Assembly: GCA_951406725.2 (NCBI GenBank)
Contig: OX597839.1
Span: 32,116,001-32,180,000 of the forward strand
DNA length: 64,000 nucleotides
Direction: 5' to 3'
Source: Octopus vulgaris
Lineage: Eukaryota
A program made the translations under genes and the position numbers. Below, piece by piece: positions 1 through 14,800 of the stretch (position 1 is the first letter of the stretch; each line of letters opens with the position of its first letter). The notes beneath the pieces are model-generated. The model was given only the letters and a program-made list of their open reading frames with translations. It did no database searches and had not been told where the DNA came from.

Positions 1-1171
1 TACTTAAATCAGAAACAATTATTGTTATCATTATTATTATTTATCAAGGCTGTGAGCTAGCGGAATCGTTAGCATACTGGATGAAATGCTTAGCAGTAGT
101 TCGTCTGTCTGCACGTTCTGAGTTCAAATTCCGCCAAGGTCGACTTTGCCTTTCATCCTTTTCGATAAATTAAGTACCAGTGAAACACTGGGGGTCAATG
201 TAATCAACTCATCTCCTCCCCAAAAATTGCTGCCCATGTGGCAAAATTTGAAACCATCATTATTATTAAGGCAGCAAGCTGGCAGAATCATTAGCTCGCC
301 AGGTAAAATGCTCATTGGTATTTCACTTGCCACTACAGTCTGAGTTCAAATTTTGCCAAGGTCAGCTTTGCCTTTCATTGCCTATCACTACATTCTGAGT
401 TCAAATTCTGTCGAGGTCGACTGCCTTTCATCCTTTTGGGGTCGATAAATTAAGTACCAGTTGAGTACTGGGGTTGATGTGAACAACTGTTCACCCACCC
501 CACAAAATATCCTGGCCTTGTGTCTGTAGTAGAAAGGATTATTATTGTTATTATTATTATTCATAGCAGGTGTTATTTTATTTTCAGTCCTAAGCTCTCT
601 TCAAAACTACCACAATCCAATTTTTTACCCCTTCACATGTAACATATTTAAAACTCTTGAAAGTGCAAGTCTCTTTCTTTCACTCTCAGCACAATAGAGA
701 CGTCGACATTTGACCCTTCTGTCATCATTTGTACTTCAAATTCAGTTCCTCCTCCATGCTCTCATGCATTGGACTGACTGACAGTGCAGCATATTAAAAT
801 TTGATGAAAGGAAGAGCATCTGATGGCAAAATAGAAGTCAACCCTTGCACAGTAGTAGATGGGACACAGGGACATAGCACAGCACATGCTGCTTGCAACA
901 CTACTGTGTCTCACCCTGTTTGATTAACCAATGCTTATCAGAATCTCCAGTACAGTCCTCAGGTATGCAGAGACAATGTTTACCTGCAACTGAAGATCTG
1001 TCAGATACGTAGTTTCTTTCTTGATCCAACTCCTTGAAACTGTTTTCTTGTAATATTTTGTTTGCCATGTTTTTCTGTCTTCTATAAAATAACCAGAACT
1101 TGTTTTTCTCGGTTGCTAACTTTTTAAACTTAGATTATCAATTTCTTTCCGAACGTTTTTCTCCTTCACAG

Positions 1172-1301
1172 GCTACCCTTGAAGAAATAAACAATGCTTT
1201 CCGGCGACTCAGCAAAATATACCACCCTGATAAACACCATGGGGATTCCGAGAAAAAAAAAGCTGAAATCATGTTTTCTAAGATCAAGAAAGCCCATGAA
1301 G
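1172..1301 (+). CDS. DNAJC11: DNAJC11 exon (J-domain, HPD)
   Basis: cacag|GCT...GAAG|gtaag; [43 protein letters not shown]. Confidence 0.95.
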
Positions 1302-4300
1302 GTAAGAACTGACAATAGATGGAGTTTTTTTAGTCTTTTGTTGGCCTCAACCATTATTAGATACCATCTATGATGGGGCTGTGCCTTCAAGAGTTTGGTC
1401 AACCATATCAACACACCATCCGATCGTGGCCGTTCGCCAGCCTCGTCTGGCACCTGTGTCGGTGGCACATAAAAAGCACCATCTGAGCGTGGCCGTTCGC
1501 CAGCCTCGTCTGGCACCTGTGTCGGTGGCACATAAAAAGCACCATCCGATCGTGGCCGTTCGCCAGCCTCGTCTGGCACCTGTGTCGGTGGCACATAAAA
1601 AACACCATCCGAGCGTGGCCGTTCGCCAGCCTCGTCTGGCACCTGTGTCGGTGGCACATAAAATCACCCACTACACTCTCAGAGTGGTTGGCGTTAGGAA
1701 GGGCATCCAGCTGTAGAAACACTGCCAGATCTGACTGGCCTGGTGCAGCCTTCGGGCTCCCCAGACCCCAGTTGAACCGTCCAACCCATGCTAGCATGGA
1801 AAGCGGACGTTAAACGATGATGATGATGTAACGAGTAAAAGGGGAAACTAGGATCTAGCATTTCACTGCTGGACCTATCTCTTTTCATTACTTACTGAAG
1901 CTGTTCGCTCCCTTCTAGAGCAAGGGCCATCAAAGACTCTGAGCTGTCATTTCTGCTTCCCTCTGGTTGGATCTCTGCTTCTTCAGTTCTGCCTCATTAT
2001 CCCACTTCATATATTCCTTTCAGAAAAGGCCTTCTTCTCTCATGTCTTGCTGGTTTTCAATTGTCATTGTTGTTTCTGTAACTCGGCTTTTTTTCTAGGT
2101 GAGGATCTTGGCCCTATGCAAACCCATTTTTTACCTCTGGGGAGAGGGCTATCCTTATTAGTTTGGTCTCAGTCTTTCGACCCCTGTCCAGCATGGGAGG
2201 TCCTACCAGGAGCGTGCACTCTGCAGGCATTGTTCTCAGGGTCCTTAAAGCATACATGCCACCATACCCCTAAAAGGACTGGACCTTGTGTTGGATCTCC
2301 CTTCATATCTGAAGGTTTTTGGTCAAACCACCAATTCATTGATGCTGCCATGCTATTTCTAACACTGACCAAGCACTCTGTCGGCTTTGATACTTAGTTT
2401 TGGGCCAGCTGAGAGCATTGCAGTTATGTGAGGTTAGGTGCCTCCCATACAAGGAATCAAACCCATGACCTCATAATCAAGAGTCCAGCTGCCTAACTAC
2501 CGGGCCATGTTTGTATTTCGTTTATTTATTAATAGATGGCAGATTGGTGAAGGCTCATGGCTTAGTGGTTAAGGTGCTGCACTTACAATTTCAAGGTCAT
2601 TGGTTCAATTCTCAGACCAGACAGCATGTTGTGCTCTTGAGCAAAATACTTCATATCACTTTGCTCTGTAGGTGGGAGAATTGCAGAATCATTGGCACAT
2701 CAGCAGAAATGCTTTATGGTATATCTTCCAGCTCTCTGGATTCTGAGTTCAAATCCCACCTGCCTGCAGAAGGCAATGGGAAATCACTCCAGTATTCATC
2801 ACAAGTCTTGTTATGGCTGCTGAAGTTCCAGTAATCTACTTAACAGGAGAGAGTACAGACCTTCTTAAGTTATATAGAGGAGTACTAGAGAAGATTCACA
2901 TACACAGGACCTGCCTAAGGGCAGAGCACCACTAGACTAGACTAGATATAATATTGTGGGTTCAATTTCTAGGCCAGGCAGTGCATTGTAACCTTGTACA
3001 AGGGACCTCATTTCATGTTGCTCCAGTGAAAATGAGTACTAGGGTAGTCTTCTCTCTCGCTCCAGCTACCACATCCTCAGTATTTCACTGAGTCCTGGTT
3101 AGGAGAGAGGAGAGGGCATTAGTGTCTGCTCACTACTACATTGATACTTTAAACCAGTGGTTCCCAAACCTTTTCAGGCTTCCACCCCCTTGGTTATAAG
3201 GCCACATACCTAGTGCCCTCCACCCCACTCACCATCACAGACAGAGACCATTTTCTGCAATAAATTCAAAACAACAGTGAAAAGAAAGAGGCTTGGAGAA
3301 GCCATTATGAAAGACTGCTAAATGAGGAGAATGAATGGGAGGAGGAGAGCCTGCCAAATGTTGACCCAGTAGAGGGACCAGCTACCCGAATAGACAGCTC
3401 CCTTGTAGATAAGGCAATTAAGGATATGAAACCAGGCAAAGCCCCTGGCCTATCAGGAATCACTGCTGAGATGCTTAAAACAGCTGGCTATGTGGGCCAT
3501 GCCATAGTCACCCGCATTGTAAACCAGGTAGTTCACAATGGAGCCATACCCAATGACTGGTGCAGCAGTACCATAGTCAACTGCTACAAGGGTAAGGGTG
3601 ATGCTCTAGATAGAAATAACTACAGAGGTATCAAACTGTTGGACCAGGTGATGAAGGTCTCAGAGAAGGTCATAACCAATCTCATTAGGGAGAGAATTTG
3701 TTTAGATGAAATGCAGTTCGGTTTTGTACCAGGTAGAAGCACCACTGATGCTATATTCCTGGTCCGACAACTGCAGGAGAAGTACCTAGCTAAAGATAAA
3801 CCCCTCTACATAGCTTTTGTAGACTTGGAGAAAGCCTTTGACAGGGTTCCCCGTTCCCTTATCTGGTGGTCGATGCGGAAACTGGAGATTGAAGAATGGC
3901 TAATAAGGGCTGTACAGGCTCTATACAGAGAGGCTGTTAGCAAGGTTAGGATTGGCAACGAATATAGTGAAGAATTCCGAGTAGAAGTAGGTGTGCACCA
4001 GGGCTCAGCCCTCAGTCCCCTTTTGTTCATCATAGTCCTTCAAGCAATAACAGAGGAATTCAAAACGGGATGCCCCTGGGAGCTCCTCTATGCCGATGAC
4101 CTAGCTCTCATAGCAGAATCACTACCGGAACTAGAAGAGAAATTTCGGGTATGGAAGCAAGGGTTGGAATCAAAGGGCCTTAGAATAAATGTAGCAAAGA
4201 CCAAAGTATTAGTAAGCAGCAAGAGGTACTCAACACACATCCCCTCGGGTAGGTGGCCCTGCTCAACCTGTAGGAAAGGTACAGGTAGAAACTCCATAAG

Positions 4301-7300
4301 ATGCACCCAATGTAAGTTATGGACACATAAGAGGTTGCAGCAACATTAAAGGGAAATTAACAGATAAGATAGCTTTCATGTGCGGCAGATGCACAGGGAC
4401 AATAGACACAACAGACACTCAGAAAACAGATTCCATCACACTCCAGGGAGAGAAACTAGAAGTAGTTGATAGTTTCCGCTACCTGGGAGACCAAGTTAGT
4501 AGCGGAGGTGGATGCACAGAGAGTATCACCACTAGAATACGAATAGCCTGGGCAAAGTTCAGAAAGCTCCTACCCCTACTGGCAACAAAAGGCCTCTCCC
4601 TCAGAGCAAAAGGTAGATTGTATGATGCATGTGTGCGAACTGCCATGCTTCACGGTAATGAAACATGGGCTGTGACTGCAGAAGACATGCGTAGACTTGA
4701 AAGAAATGAAGCTAGCATGATCCGCTGGATGTGTAGTGTCAGTGTGCACGCAAAACAGAGTGTAAGTATCCTGAGAGAAATGCTGGATATAAGAAGCATC
4801 AGATGTGGTGTGCAAGAGCGACGCTTGCGATGGTATGGTCATGTGCTGCGGATGGATGAAGAGAGATGTGTGAAGAAGTGCCACTCCCAAACAGTTGAAG
4901 GTATCAGGGGGGAGAGGTAGACCCAGGAAGACATGGGATGAGGTGGTCAAGCATGACCTCAGAGCATTGGGCCTCACTGAGGCAATGGCGAAGGACCGAG
5001 ATCTCTGGAGATATGCTGTGACTACAAAGACCCGGGCTGCTTTCTGCAGCAATTCCACATACCCCCTACCCATTCTAAGTACCCCGGATCCCCAAAGTAC
5101 CCCGGATCCCCAAAGTACCCTGGATCCCCAAAATACCCCGATCCCCAAAGTACCCCGGACCTCGTTGCCCCCGTGCCGCTGACACGTTAAAATGCTCGAA
5201 CCGATCGTGACGATGCCGGACCCTCCGGCCCCTGTGCAGGTGGCACGTAAAAAGCACCCAATCCACTCACGGAGTGGTTGGCGTTAGGAAGGGCATCCAG
5301 CCGTAGAAACTCTGCCAGATTCAGACTGGAGCCTGGAGCGGCCCCTGGCTTCCCAGACCCGGTCAAACCGTCCAACCCGTGCTAGCGCGGAAAGCGGACG
5401 TTAAACGATGATGATGATGATGATGATGACATCCATTGCCACTCCATTTTTCTTCAAAGCCCCGAGGGTGGTACCACCCACTTTGGGAACCACTGCTTTA
5501 AGCAATTAGTGACAGCATAGTCCAAGCTACCAAGTCCCTACTTTTGCTTATGGGTGATGGCTAAGCATTTATATAAACGTGTGTGTTTGAATATTGAATT
5601 TGCATAAGGCTCTACACCCTCTCATTATTTTCAGATTTTGGCACAAGGCCAGCAATTTTGAGGGAGCAGGGTGGATAAGTTGATTGTATCAACCTCAGTG
5701 TTCAACTAGTTTTTATTTTATTGTCCCTGAAAGGATGAAAAGCAAAGTTGACCTTGGTTGAATTTGAACTCAGAACATAAAGACGGATGAAATTTCACTA
5801 AGCATTTTTGCCCAGTTTGCTAATGATTCTGCCAGCTCATTGCCTGACTCTGTCTTCATATTAAAATATCATTATCATCATCTTATGTCCATGATCCATG
5901 CTGGCAGCATAGGTCTGACCTAAAATTAGTGATTTTCTCCATTCTCTCAATGATATACTGATTGTTGAAGGGGCCTCATGGAGGTAAAGTGGCTGAGTTC
6001 CTTTTGAGTGCTGGGCCTCATGGAGGCAAAGTGGCTAAGTTCCTTTTGAGTGCTGGACCTCATGGAGGCAAAGTAGTTGAGTTCCTTTTGAGTGCTGGGC
6101 CTCATGGAGGCAAAGTGGCTGAGTTCCTTTTGCGTTCTGGGCCTCACGGAGGCAAAGTAGTTGAGTTCCTTTTGAGTGCTAGGCCTCATGGAAACAATGA
6201 CCAAGACCTTTAGCATTATGTAATGCTTGAGAAGACCCATCAAGCTAAGCAAAATCACAGTCATGGCAGATACCGGTGTCATGCAAATTGGCTCTCTAAT
6301 GGCACCTGTACCATTAGCACGTAAAAGCACCCATTGCACTCTCAGAGTGGTTGGTGTTAGGAACGGCATCCAGCTGTAGAAATCCATACCAAATCAGACT
6401 GGAGTCTGGTGCAGCCTTCCAGTGTGCCAGCTCGGTCAAACCGTCCAACCCATGCCAGCATGGACAACAGACGTTAGATGATGATGATAATGATTATTAT
6501 TAAAGAAAAGTAACAAGTTGAGATCTTTTTTGCTTACATCCGGAATTTTCTTCTCTGTTTCAAGTTCTGTCAGACAAACACACAAGAACAATATACGATA
6601 TATACGGCGAAAAAGGACTGGAATGCGGAATGGAGGTATGTACACATCTCTTTTGTTTATTTTGTCTTCAATCGTGTCAGTCATTTGACTGTGGCCATGC
6701 TGGAGCACCGCCTTTAGTCGAACAAATCGACCCCAGGACTTATTCTTTGTAAGCTTAGTACTTATTCTATCGGCCCTTTTGCTGAACCGCTAAGTTACAG
6801 GGATGTAAACTCACCAACATTGGTTGTCAAGCAATGGTGCAGTACTTATTCTATTGGCCCCTTTTGCTGAACCGCTAAGTTACGGGGATGTAAACTCACC
6901 AACATTGGTTGTCAAGCGATGGTGCAGGGGACAAACAAACAAACATATACATACATGTATACATATATATATAGTTGGAATTTACAAAGACAAAGACAGG
7001 TGTATAAACAACAAACAGGTCTATTAGTTTAACGCTCAGGAAGATGAGAAAGTTGATGGGTTTCTTTCAGTTTCCATCTTTGGTCGGCCCAAGACTATAG
7101 AAGTTGCTTGCCCAAGGTGCCATGCAGTGGGGCTGAACCCAGAACCATGTGGTTGGTAAGCAAGCTACTTACCACACAGCCACTCCTATCTTTTTCATAT
7201 ATAATAAATCTGTTTATTATATGTAATAATCCTTGTTTAAAATTTTGGCACAAGGCCAGCAATTTCGAGAGTAGGGGTTTACTCATTTCATTAATCTCAA

Positions 7301-10300
7301 AAGGATGAAAAGCAAACTCGACCTCAGTGGAATTTTAACTCAAGACATAAAGACAGATGAAATGCTGCTAAGCATTTTGCTTGGCATGCTAACGATTCTT
7401 GTGGGATAAGATTATTGTTTCAAGTTTTGACACAGGGCCAGCAATTTTAGAGGGAGAGACATTAAACGATGATTATGATGATGAAAGTATTATATATATT
7501 TCTTTATTGCCCACAAGGGGCTGAACATAGAGGGGACAAACAAGGACAAACAAAGGGATTAAGTCGATTACATTGACCCCAGTGCGAATCTGGTACTTTA
7601 TTTATCGAACCCGAAAGGATGAAAGGCAAAGTCGACCTCGGCGGAATTTGAACTCTGAACGTAACGACAGACGAAATACCGCTTAGCATTTTGCCCGGCG
7701 CTCTAACGTGTCTGCCAGCTCGCCGCCTTAGTATTATATATGCAAATTGGTTAATCCAGTTTCCTCTTAATTAGCAATATGCCTGGAAACAGTTAAAGAT
7801 TGTGTAGGGTCTCTAAGGAAATCTTAATACAAGATGCATGGCTATACTGTGGCCTTTGCTTTTCACAAATAAATTGCATTTCACAGATGTGATGTTTGCA
7901 TTCATCATGCTATGCTAAAAGAATCAATAAGATGGATGCTGGTGCCACCTAACTGGCTCTCGTACCAGTGGCACGTAAAAAGCACCATTCGAGCGTGGCC
8001 GATACCAGTGCCACCTGAATGGCTCCCATGCCCGTGGCACGTAAAAGGTATCCATTCTCGGAGTGGTTGGTGTCAGGAAGGGCCTCCAGCTGTAGAAAAC
8101 CTTGCCAGATCAGATTGGAGCCTGGTGCAGTCTCCCGGCTTGCCAACCCATACCAGCATAGAAAGCGGATGTTAAACAATGACGATGATGTGCAAGACAA
8201 CTGACGTCGACAAAATTCTACTAAAAAATCTTCTGAGGTGATGGCCACAAACCAATGCCTAAAAATAAAAGAATAAAATTCGCATCACCCTGGTTGTGTC
8301 TCTCACCAATATTTCCAAGGGAGTTGACTCTGCTTGTGGTTGTCTCCCTTGCATCATTATATTCTGCTATTAAATCGTTTTACTAATACAGCTATGTCTG
8401 TTGCGTAATGTTATCAGCCGATTATTATTTTTATATAGGAGCTCATTCTCTTAAATGATTCCATTCTCTTTTATGTTTATGTATGTGTGTGTGTGTGTAT
8501 ATCTATATATATAAAACTCTAGTTGTGTAAGTGTCTGTCCCCTTCGATTTAGATTCCTAACTACTCCCACATTTTGCGGTGCAGTTTAACCAAATTCGGG
8601 TATCTTATAGTCGTGATTAATATCGAGCCCGTCTGAGTATTAGCGTGCGTCTACGATGAGTCTACGATTTTAAAAATAATTTAACATAATTTTTTATTCC
8701 ATTTTAATGCATAATTTTTCGTGCATCGATGGCGGCGGAGTTGGCGTCCACGCTCAAACACCTGCACCTGTGTTTGCTTCTCCCCTCCCTCGTGAAGCTG
8801 TGGGGAAGGGAGTGTAAAGAAATCAACGTCGTAAAGCGTTGTCATGGAGACCAGCGTTCTTTTAGAACGACTTCATGGCTTGAAGACACTGAGTCAACGA
8901 TTTAAAAAAAAATTATCATAATTTTTTATTCCATTTTTAATGCATTTTTTTGCTATAACTCTCTAAAAATGCTTATATAGTTATTTCCCTTACAAACCCG
9001 AGCAACGCCGGGCGATACTGCTAGTATATATATATTTCGTTTTGGGATTTGGTTTGCAAGATTCTTTATATGAGTTCGTGTGTTGAAGCATATTCTGTTG
9101 TGTCTGGGGAGAGTCATTCTCTTTTGGTGCCTTATAATCTAACACACTCACCGGTTAATTTCCACTTTTTTCTTATTTTTATTTTCCTAAAATGTTCGTT
9201 GCGCCTTGCAACCTTTTCAATGTGTGTGTGTGTATCTGTCAAAGTACATTTTGAAGAATTGAAAAATCCCGTCTATATTTGATTAACTTGTTGGTATCTT
9301 TCCAGCCTTATAATTTAAGGTCTCGGGAGAATAACTCTTTTAGCGTTTTTAATTTTTTACTTTTTCGTTTTCCGTTTACTGTTTCTTTTAACATTCCGTG
9401 TTTTCTATCTGCTTCCTTCTCAATTTTTCGCGTTTTTTCTCTCATTCAATGTTCAGTTCGTTATGGTATGTGCTTTCCGTCTGATAAATATATTCGAGTT
9501 GTTCTCTCCATTTCTGTGTCTAGCCCCCGTCGGGCAATAAAGAAACTGGTATTTCTCAACATATGAAACTATTAATCTTTATATATAAAAGTGAAGTTGT
9601 GTGAGTGTCTGTCTCCTACGATTTAGATTCCTAACTACTCCCACATTTTGCGGTGCAGTTTAACCAGATTCGGGTATCTTATAGTCGTGATTCATATCGA
9701 GCCCGTCTGGGTATTAGCGCGCGTCTACGATGAGTCTACGATTTTAAAAATAATTTAACATAATTTTTTATTCCATTTTAATGCATAATTTTTCGTGCAT
9801 CGATGGCGGCGGAGTTGGCGTTCACGCTCAAACACCTGCAACTGTGTTTGCTTCTCCCCCTTCTTCCCTCCCTCGTGAAGCTGTGGGGAAGGGAGTGTAA
9901 AGAAATCAACGTCGTAAAGCGTTGTCATGGAGACCAGCGTTCTTTTAGAACGACTTCATGGCTTGAAGACACTGAGTCAACGATTTAAAAAAAAAATTAT
10001 CATCATTTTTTATTCCATTTTTAATGCATTTTTTTGCTATACCTCTCTAAAAATGCTTATATAGTTATTTCCCTTACAAACCCGAGCAACGCCGGGCGAT
10101 ACTGCTAGTATATATATATTTCGTTTTGGGATTTGGTTTGCAAGATTCTTTATATGAGTTCGTGTGTTGAAGCATATTCTGTTGTGTCTGGGGAGAGTCA
10201 TTCTCTTTTGGTGCCTTATAATCTAACACACTCACCGGTTAATTTCCACTTTTTTCTTATTTTTATTTTCCTAAAATGTTCGTTGCGCCTTGCAACCTTT

Positions 10301-11782
10301 TCAATATGTGTGTGTGTGTATCTGTCAAAGTACATTTTGAAGAATTGAAAAATCCCGTCTATATTTGATTAACTTGTTGGTATCTTTCCAGCCTTATAAT
10401 TTAAGGTCTCGGGAGAATAACTCTTTTAGCGTTTTTAATTTTTTACTTTTTCGTTTTCCGTTTACTGTTTCTTTTAACATTCCGTGTTTTCTATCTGCTT
10501 CCTTCTCAATTTTTCGCGTTTTTTCTCTCATTCAATGTTCAGTTCGTTATGGTATGTGCTTTCCGTCTGATAAATATATTCGAGTTGTTCTCTCCATTTC
10601 TGTGTTTAGCCCCCGTCGAGCAATAAAGAAACTGGTATTTCTCAACATATGAAACTATTAATCTTTATATATAAAAGTGAAGTTGTGTGAGTGTCTGTCT
10701 CCTACGATTTAGATTCCTAACTACTCCCACATTTTGCGGTGCAGTTTAACCAAAACCGGGTATCTTATAGTCGTGATTCATATCGAGCCCTTCTGGGTAT
10801 TAGCGCGCATCTACGATGAGTCTACGATTTTTAAAAAGATTTACCATCATTTTTTTCCATTTTAATGCATTTTTTCGCTATTATATAAGGGAAGTAACTC
10901 TCTAAAAATGTCTACGATGAGTCAACGATTTAAAAAAAAATTTACCATAATTTTTTGCTATTTTTTGGCTATAACTCTAAAAATGCTTATATAGTTATTT
11001 CCCTTACAAACCCGAGCAACGCCGGGCGATACTGCTAGTAGCACATAAAATCATGTATTGTGTCTATTAAATGATATTTTATACACACACACACGAGGGG
11101 TTTCCTGAAAAGTCCCTGGCTTTGGGTAAAAGATAATACGGGGGCATCAGTTAATTATGATTTTTATTTAATATTTTCCCCTCTCAGATTCACGCACTTA
11201 TTGCAGTGGTCCTTCGGTTTTTCTAAGTCCTGTATAAGAACTCAAAAGATTGAGCTTCCAACCAGGCCTTTTGTGACGCCCTTAAAGCCAGGAACTTTTC
11301 GTCCCCCCCCCCCTCATATATATGTATCATCAGTTGATATCCATGTTCCATGCTGGCATATATATACTCTTTACTCTTTTACTTGTTTCAGTCATTTGAC
11401 TGCGGCCATGTTGGAGCACTGCCTTTAGTCGAGCAAATCGACCCCGGGACTTATTCTTTGTAAGCCCAGTACTTATTCTATCGGGCTCTATTTGCCGAAC
11501 TGCTAAGTGACGGGGACGTAAACATACCAGCATCAGTTGTCAAGCGAAGGTGGGGAGACAAACACAGACACACACACATACATATATATATATATCCGAC
11601 AGGCTTCTTTCAGTTTCCGTCTACCAAATCCACTCACAAGGCATTGGTCGGCCCAGGGCTATAGCAGAAGACACTTGCCCAAGATGCCACGCAGTGGGAC
11701 TGAACCCGGAACCATGTGGTTGTTAAGCAAGCTACTTACCACACAGCCACTCCTGCGCCTATATATATATATATATATATAT

Positions 11783-11814
<32 letters not shown>

Positions 11815-14800
11815 GGGTACATACATGCATAGACTTAGGCTTTCTGAACAGTTTCTGATAATCAAATTCTTCCCACAAGGCATTATTCCCTCCAAGACCA
11901 TGGTAGAAGTCAGTTGGCAAGAGTGTTGGACAGTGGAATTGAACCTAGAACCACGTGGTTGTGGAATGAACTTCTTACCCACACAATCCTGTCTTTGCCC
12001 ATATGAAGCGTTACTTTTTTTCTAACTGTGAACCCTCAGTGTAGAAAAGAACTGAGGAGCTAATCTTTGATACATGGTTTATTACAGTGCAATGATCTTT
12101 AAACATCCATGTCGACATGATGATTGACATTGTGTGTGTGTAGAGAGAGAGAGAAAGAAAGAAAGACAAAGAGAGCTTGGCCTGTGTGACCCCAGCTCAG
12201 CTCTTGTGCTGGCTTAGCCCTTTAGCATTCAGATTATTCTGTCAAATATAATGCTTATCTATTGACACTGTTTTGAAGTAATCAAGCATTATCTCGTAGC
12301 TTTGAGATTTTGATGATGTGATTGTTTATTTTAAGAATGCGGGCGTTGTGAGTGTTTATTGAGCGAAAACACCTAAAGTTCCACGAGGCTCCGGCAGGGG
12401 ATGGTGGTGATCCCTGCTGTACTCTTTCACCACAACTTTCTCTCACTCTTACTTCCTGTTTCTGTTGTACCTGTATTTCAAAGGGCCGGCCTTGTCACTC
12501 TCTGTGTCACGCTGAATATCCCTGAGAACTACGTTAAGGGTGCACGTGTCTGTGGAGTGCTCAGCCACTTACACGTTAATTTCACGAGCAGGCTGTTCCG
12601 TTGATTCGGATCAACCGGAACCCTCATCGTCGTAACTGACGGAGTGCTTCCACTATTTTAAGAATGACATTGTAGGGTGGGTGTGAGAGGCAGAATCTGG
12701 CTGGTTTGAACATAAAACAGGTAGGATATTTGGGCCAGGTATGGCTGGTTTAAATGCTAAAGAGTTAAGCTATGTAAGTAGTTGAACAAACAACTGTGTG
12801 TGATGATCAGATTTTTGTTGTCGAATAAACATTGCCTCCACATACCTGGAGACTATTCTGTAGACTCCAACGTGCAGTGTTTGATCATAAAATGTGTAAT
12901 GTTGAGGGCTGGATGTGTTGTATTTTCTTCACTCTCCAGTCTATCTCCATGCATGGCTTCGTTTATCTTTTATTCCACGATTCCTTTCCATTTGTCAACC
13001 TCTTATAGGTCATACTACGGTGCTATCCAGCCCATGTCAGCTTCAAAAAGCTGAATTTTAAACATGAAGATGATTACTGGATCAAATGTTGCTGTCTTTG
13101 TTGTTCTTGAAAGCATGACTTGATTTAAAAACAAGAGGGGATTTCTTACAGACCATTTATTTAGGTTTTGAAACCATTCTGGGGAGAATATAAAAAAAAG
13201 TTAATTCCAGCTGGACATCCAGTCTGACTGATTGCAACAGAATAGATTCTGTTAAAGGCATTCACAAACCAAATGCATTGCTGTTGTTTTCGAACTGTGA
13301 GAGGCTTTTAATAGATTGTGTTCAACTCAGAAACTCTTAATCAGAGATTTCCAAATTGTGTGGCCAATAATCTTTAGGCTTGGATAGGTTGAACCTGGTA
13401 AACTTTTATGAATATTTGGTCATAAGGAATGTCTGAGATCTGGAAACTCTGAATGCAGTTTGACATGTGATATTATACTTATTAATTTTGTGTTTGGGTA
13501 AAGTAGATGAATTTTTAATTAATCAAAACTTCCATGCTTTCTGAGATTTGCCAACACTACACCTGATTTTCTCCCCTCCTTACACACACAAGCATGTATC
13601 TGACTCATACATGTTCGCTTTGCAGACATTTCTGCATTACTGCATATGCTTTATAGGCACTTTTGACAAGTTGTGGTGCACCTGAGCACTGTACACAATA
13701 ATTTCATTATTATTATTATTATATTATTATAAAACAGTGACAATCAACAGAATGCAGTGGAAAGAAATTTTAAACTTTGTTTTCTGCTTCGTTTTGACAG
13801 AATAGGTTTACTGTTTTATTTATTTTGTCTGATTGTAAAAATTATATTTTCGCTCTTTTAGCTTGTTTCAAAAACTAAATCACCTGCCGAGATAATTGCA
13901 GAATATGAACGAATACAACGAGAAAGAGAGGAACGAAGATTACAACAAAGAACCAATCCTCGGGTAAGATATCGAATCTTTGGAACCTTGGTTGCTTTGA
14001 GTGTTTTGATAGCTTTCCATCAACGTGCTCTGCTTTTAACCAACAGGAATCGTAGATAAGAGCATTGACTCAACACAATACTAGCCCATCATTATCACTG
14101 GGTACTTGGCCAAAGCAGGGGTCTCCAACCATCGGGCCACAGATCAGTATTGAGCTATGGATTATTTTGATACTAGACCACAAAGTAAATAAATTTTAAA
14201 ATCTTAAAAGTACAATTGGTATTTCAGTTGCCACACAAATTTAAAATGTTATTTTTAAAATGATATTGTGGGGTTGGTGTGAGAGACCAGATCTGGCCAG
14301 TTTGAACATAAAACAGGCAGAATACTTTTGGCCGGTTTAAATGCTAAAGGGTTAAAGTACAATTGGTATTTCAGTTGCAACACAAATTTAAAATGTTATT
14401 TCTATATTTATTGACTATCACCGTCTCCAGGGGCGTTTTTACATTATATATGAATATGTAATAATTAAGTTATATATTTTTATGCTCTTTATTGTTTTGC
14501 TATGTGCATGACCCCCTGGTCCACGAAAAAATTGTCTTGTATGAAATCAATCTGTGGTACAAAAATAGTTGATGACTGCTGCACTTGGAAGTACTGTGTC
14601 TCATATCTAATAGCATATAGACTCATTTTCATCATCATCATCATCATGTTTCCCAAAATTTATTTCAATAATCACACGGCAGTTCCCATTTATGAACAAG
14701 GGCTTGTATCACAGGCTTTAAATGCACCAAAAACTTTTTACCTCAATAAGTGCTACTGAAAATGGGCCGTGTCTAATAGTCTAGTGCAGTGGTTTTCAAC

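Noticed and set aside
1100-1171. ORF-track N-terminus MFFSVANF... as the DNAJC11 start
   Set aside because: Starts at TTG and is intronic pyrimidine tract. The J-domain helix I exon must lie upstream of the window.
4576-5148. 190-aa minus-strand ORF
   Set aside because: Antisense shadow of the RTE ORF.
9470-9560. Hammerhead-like words (ctgataa...gaaactggta) in the Helitron spacer
   Set aside because: The core is not CUGANGA and I could not form the stems.
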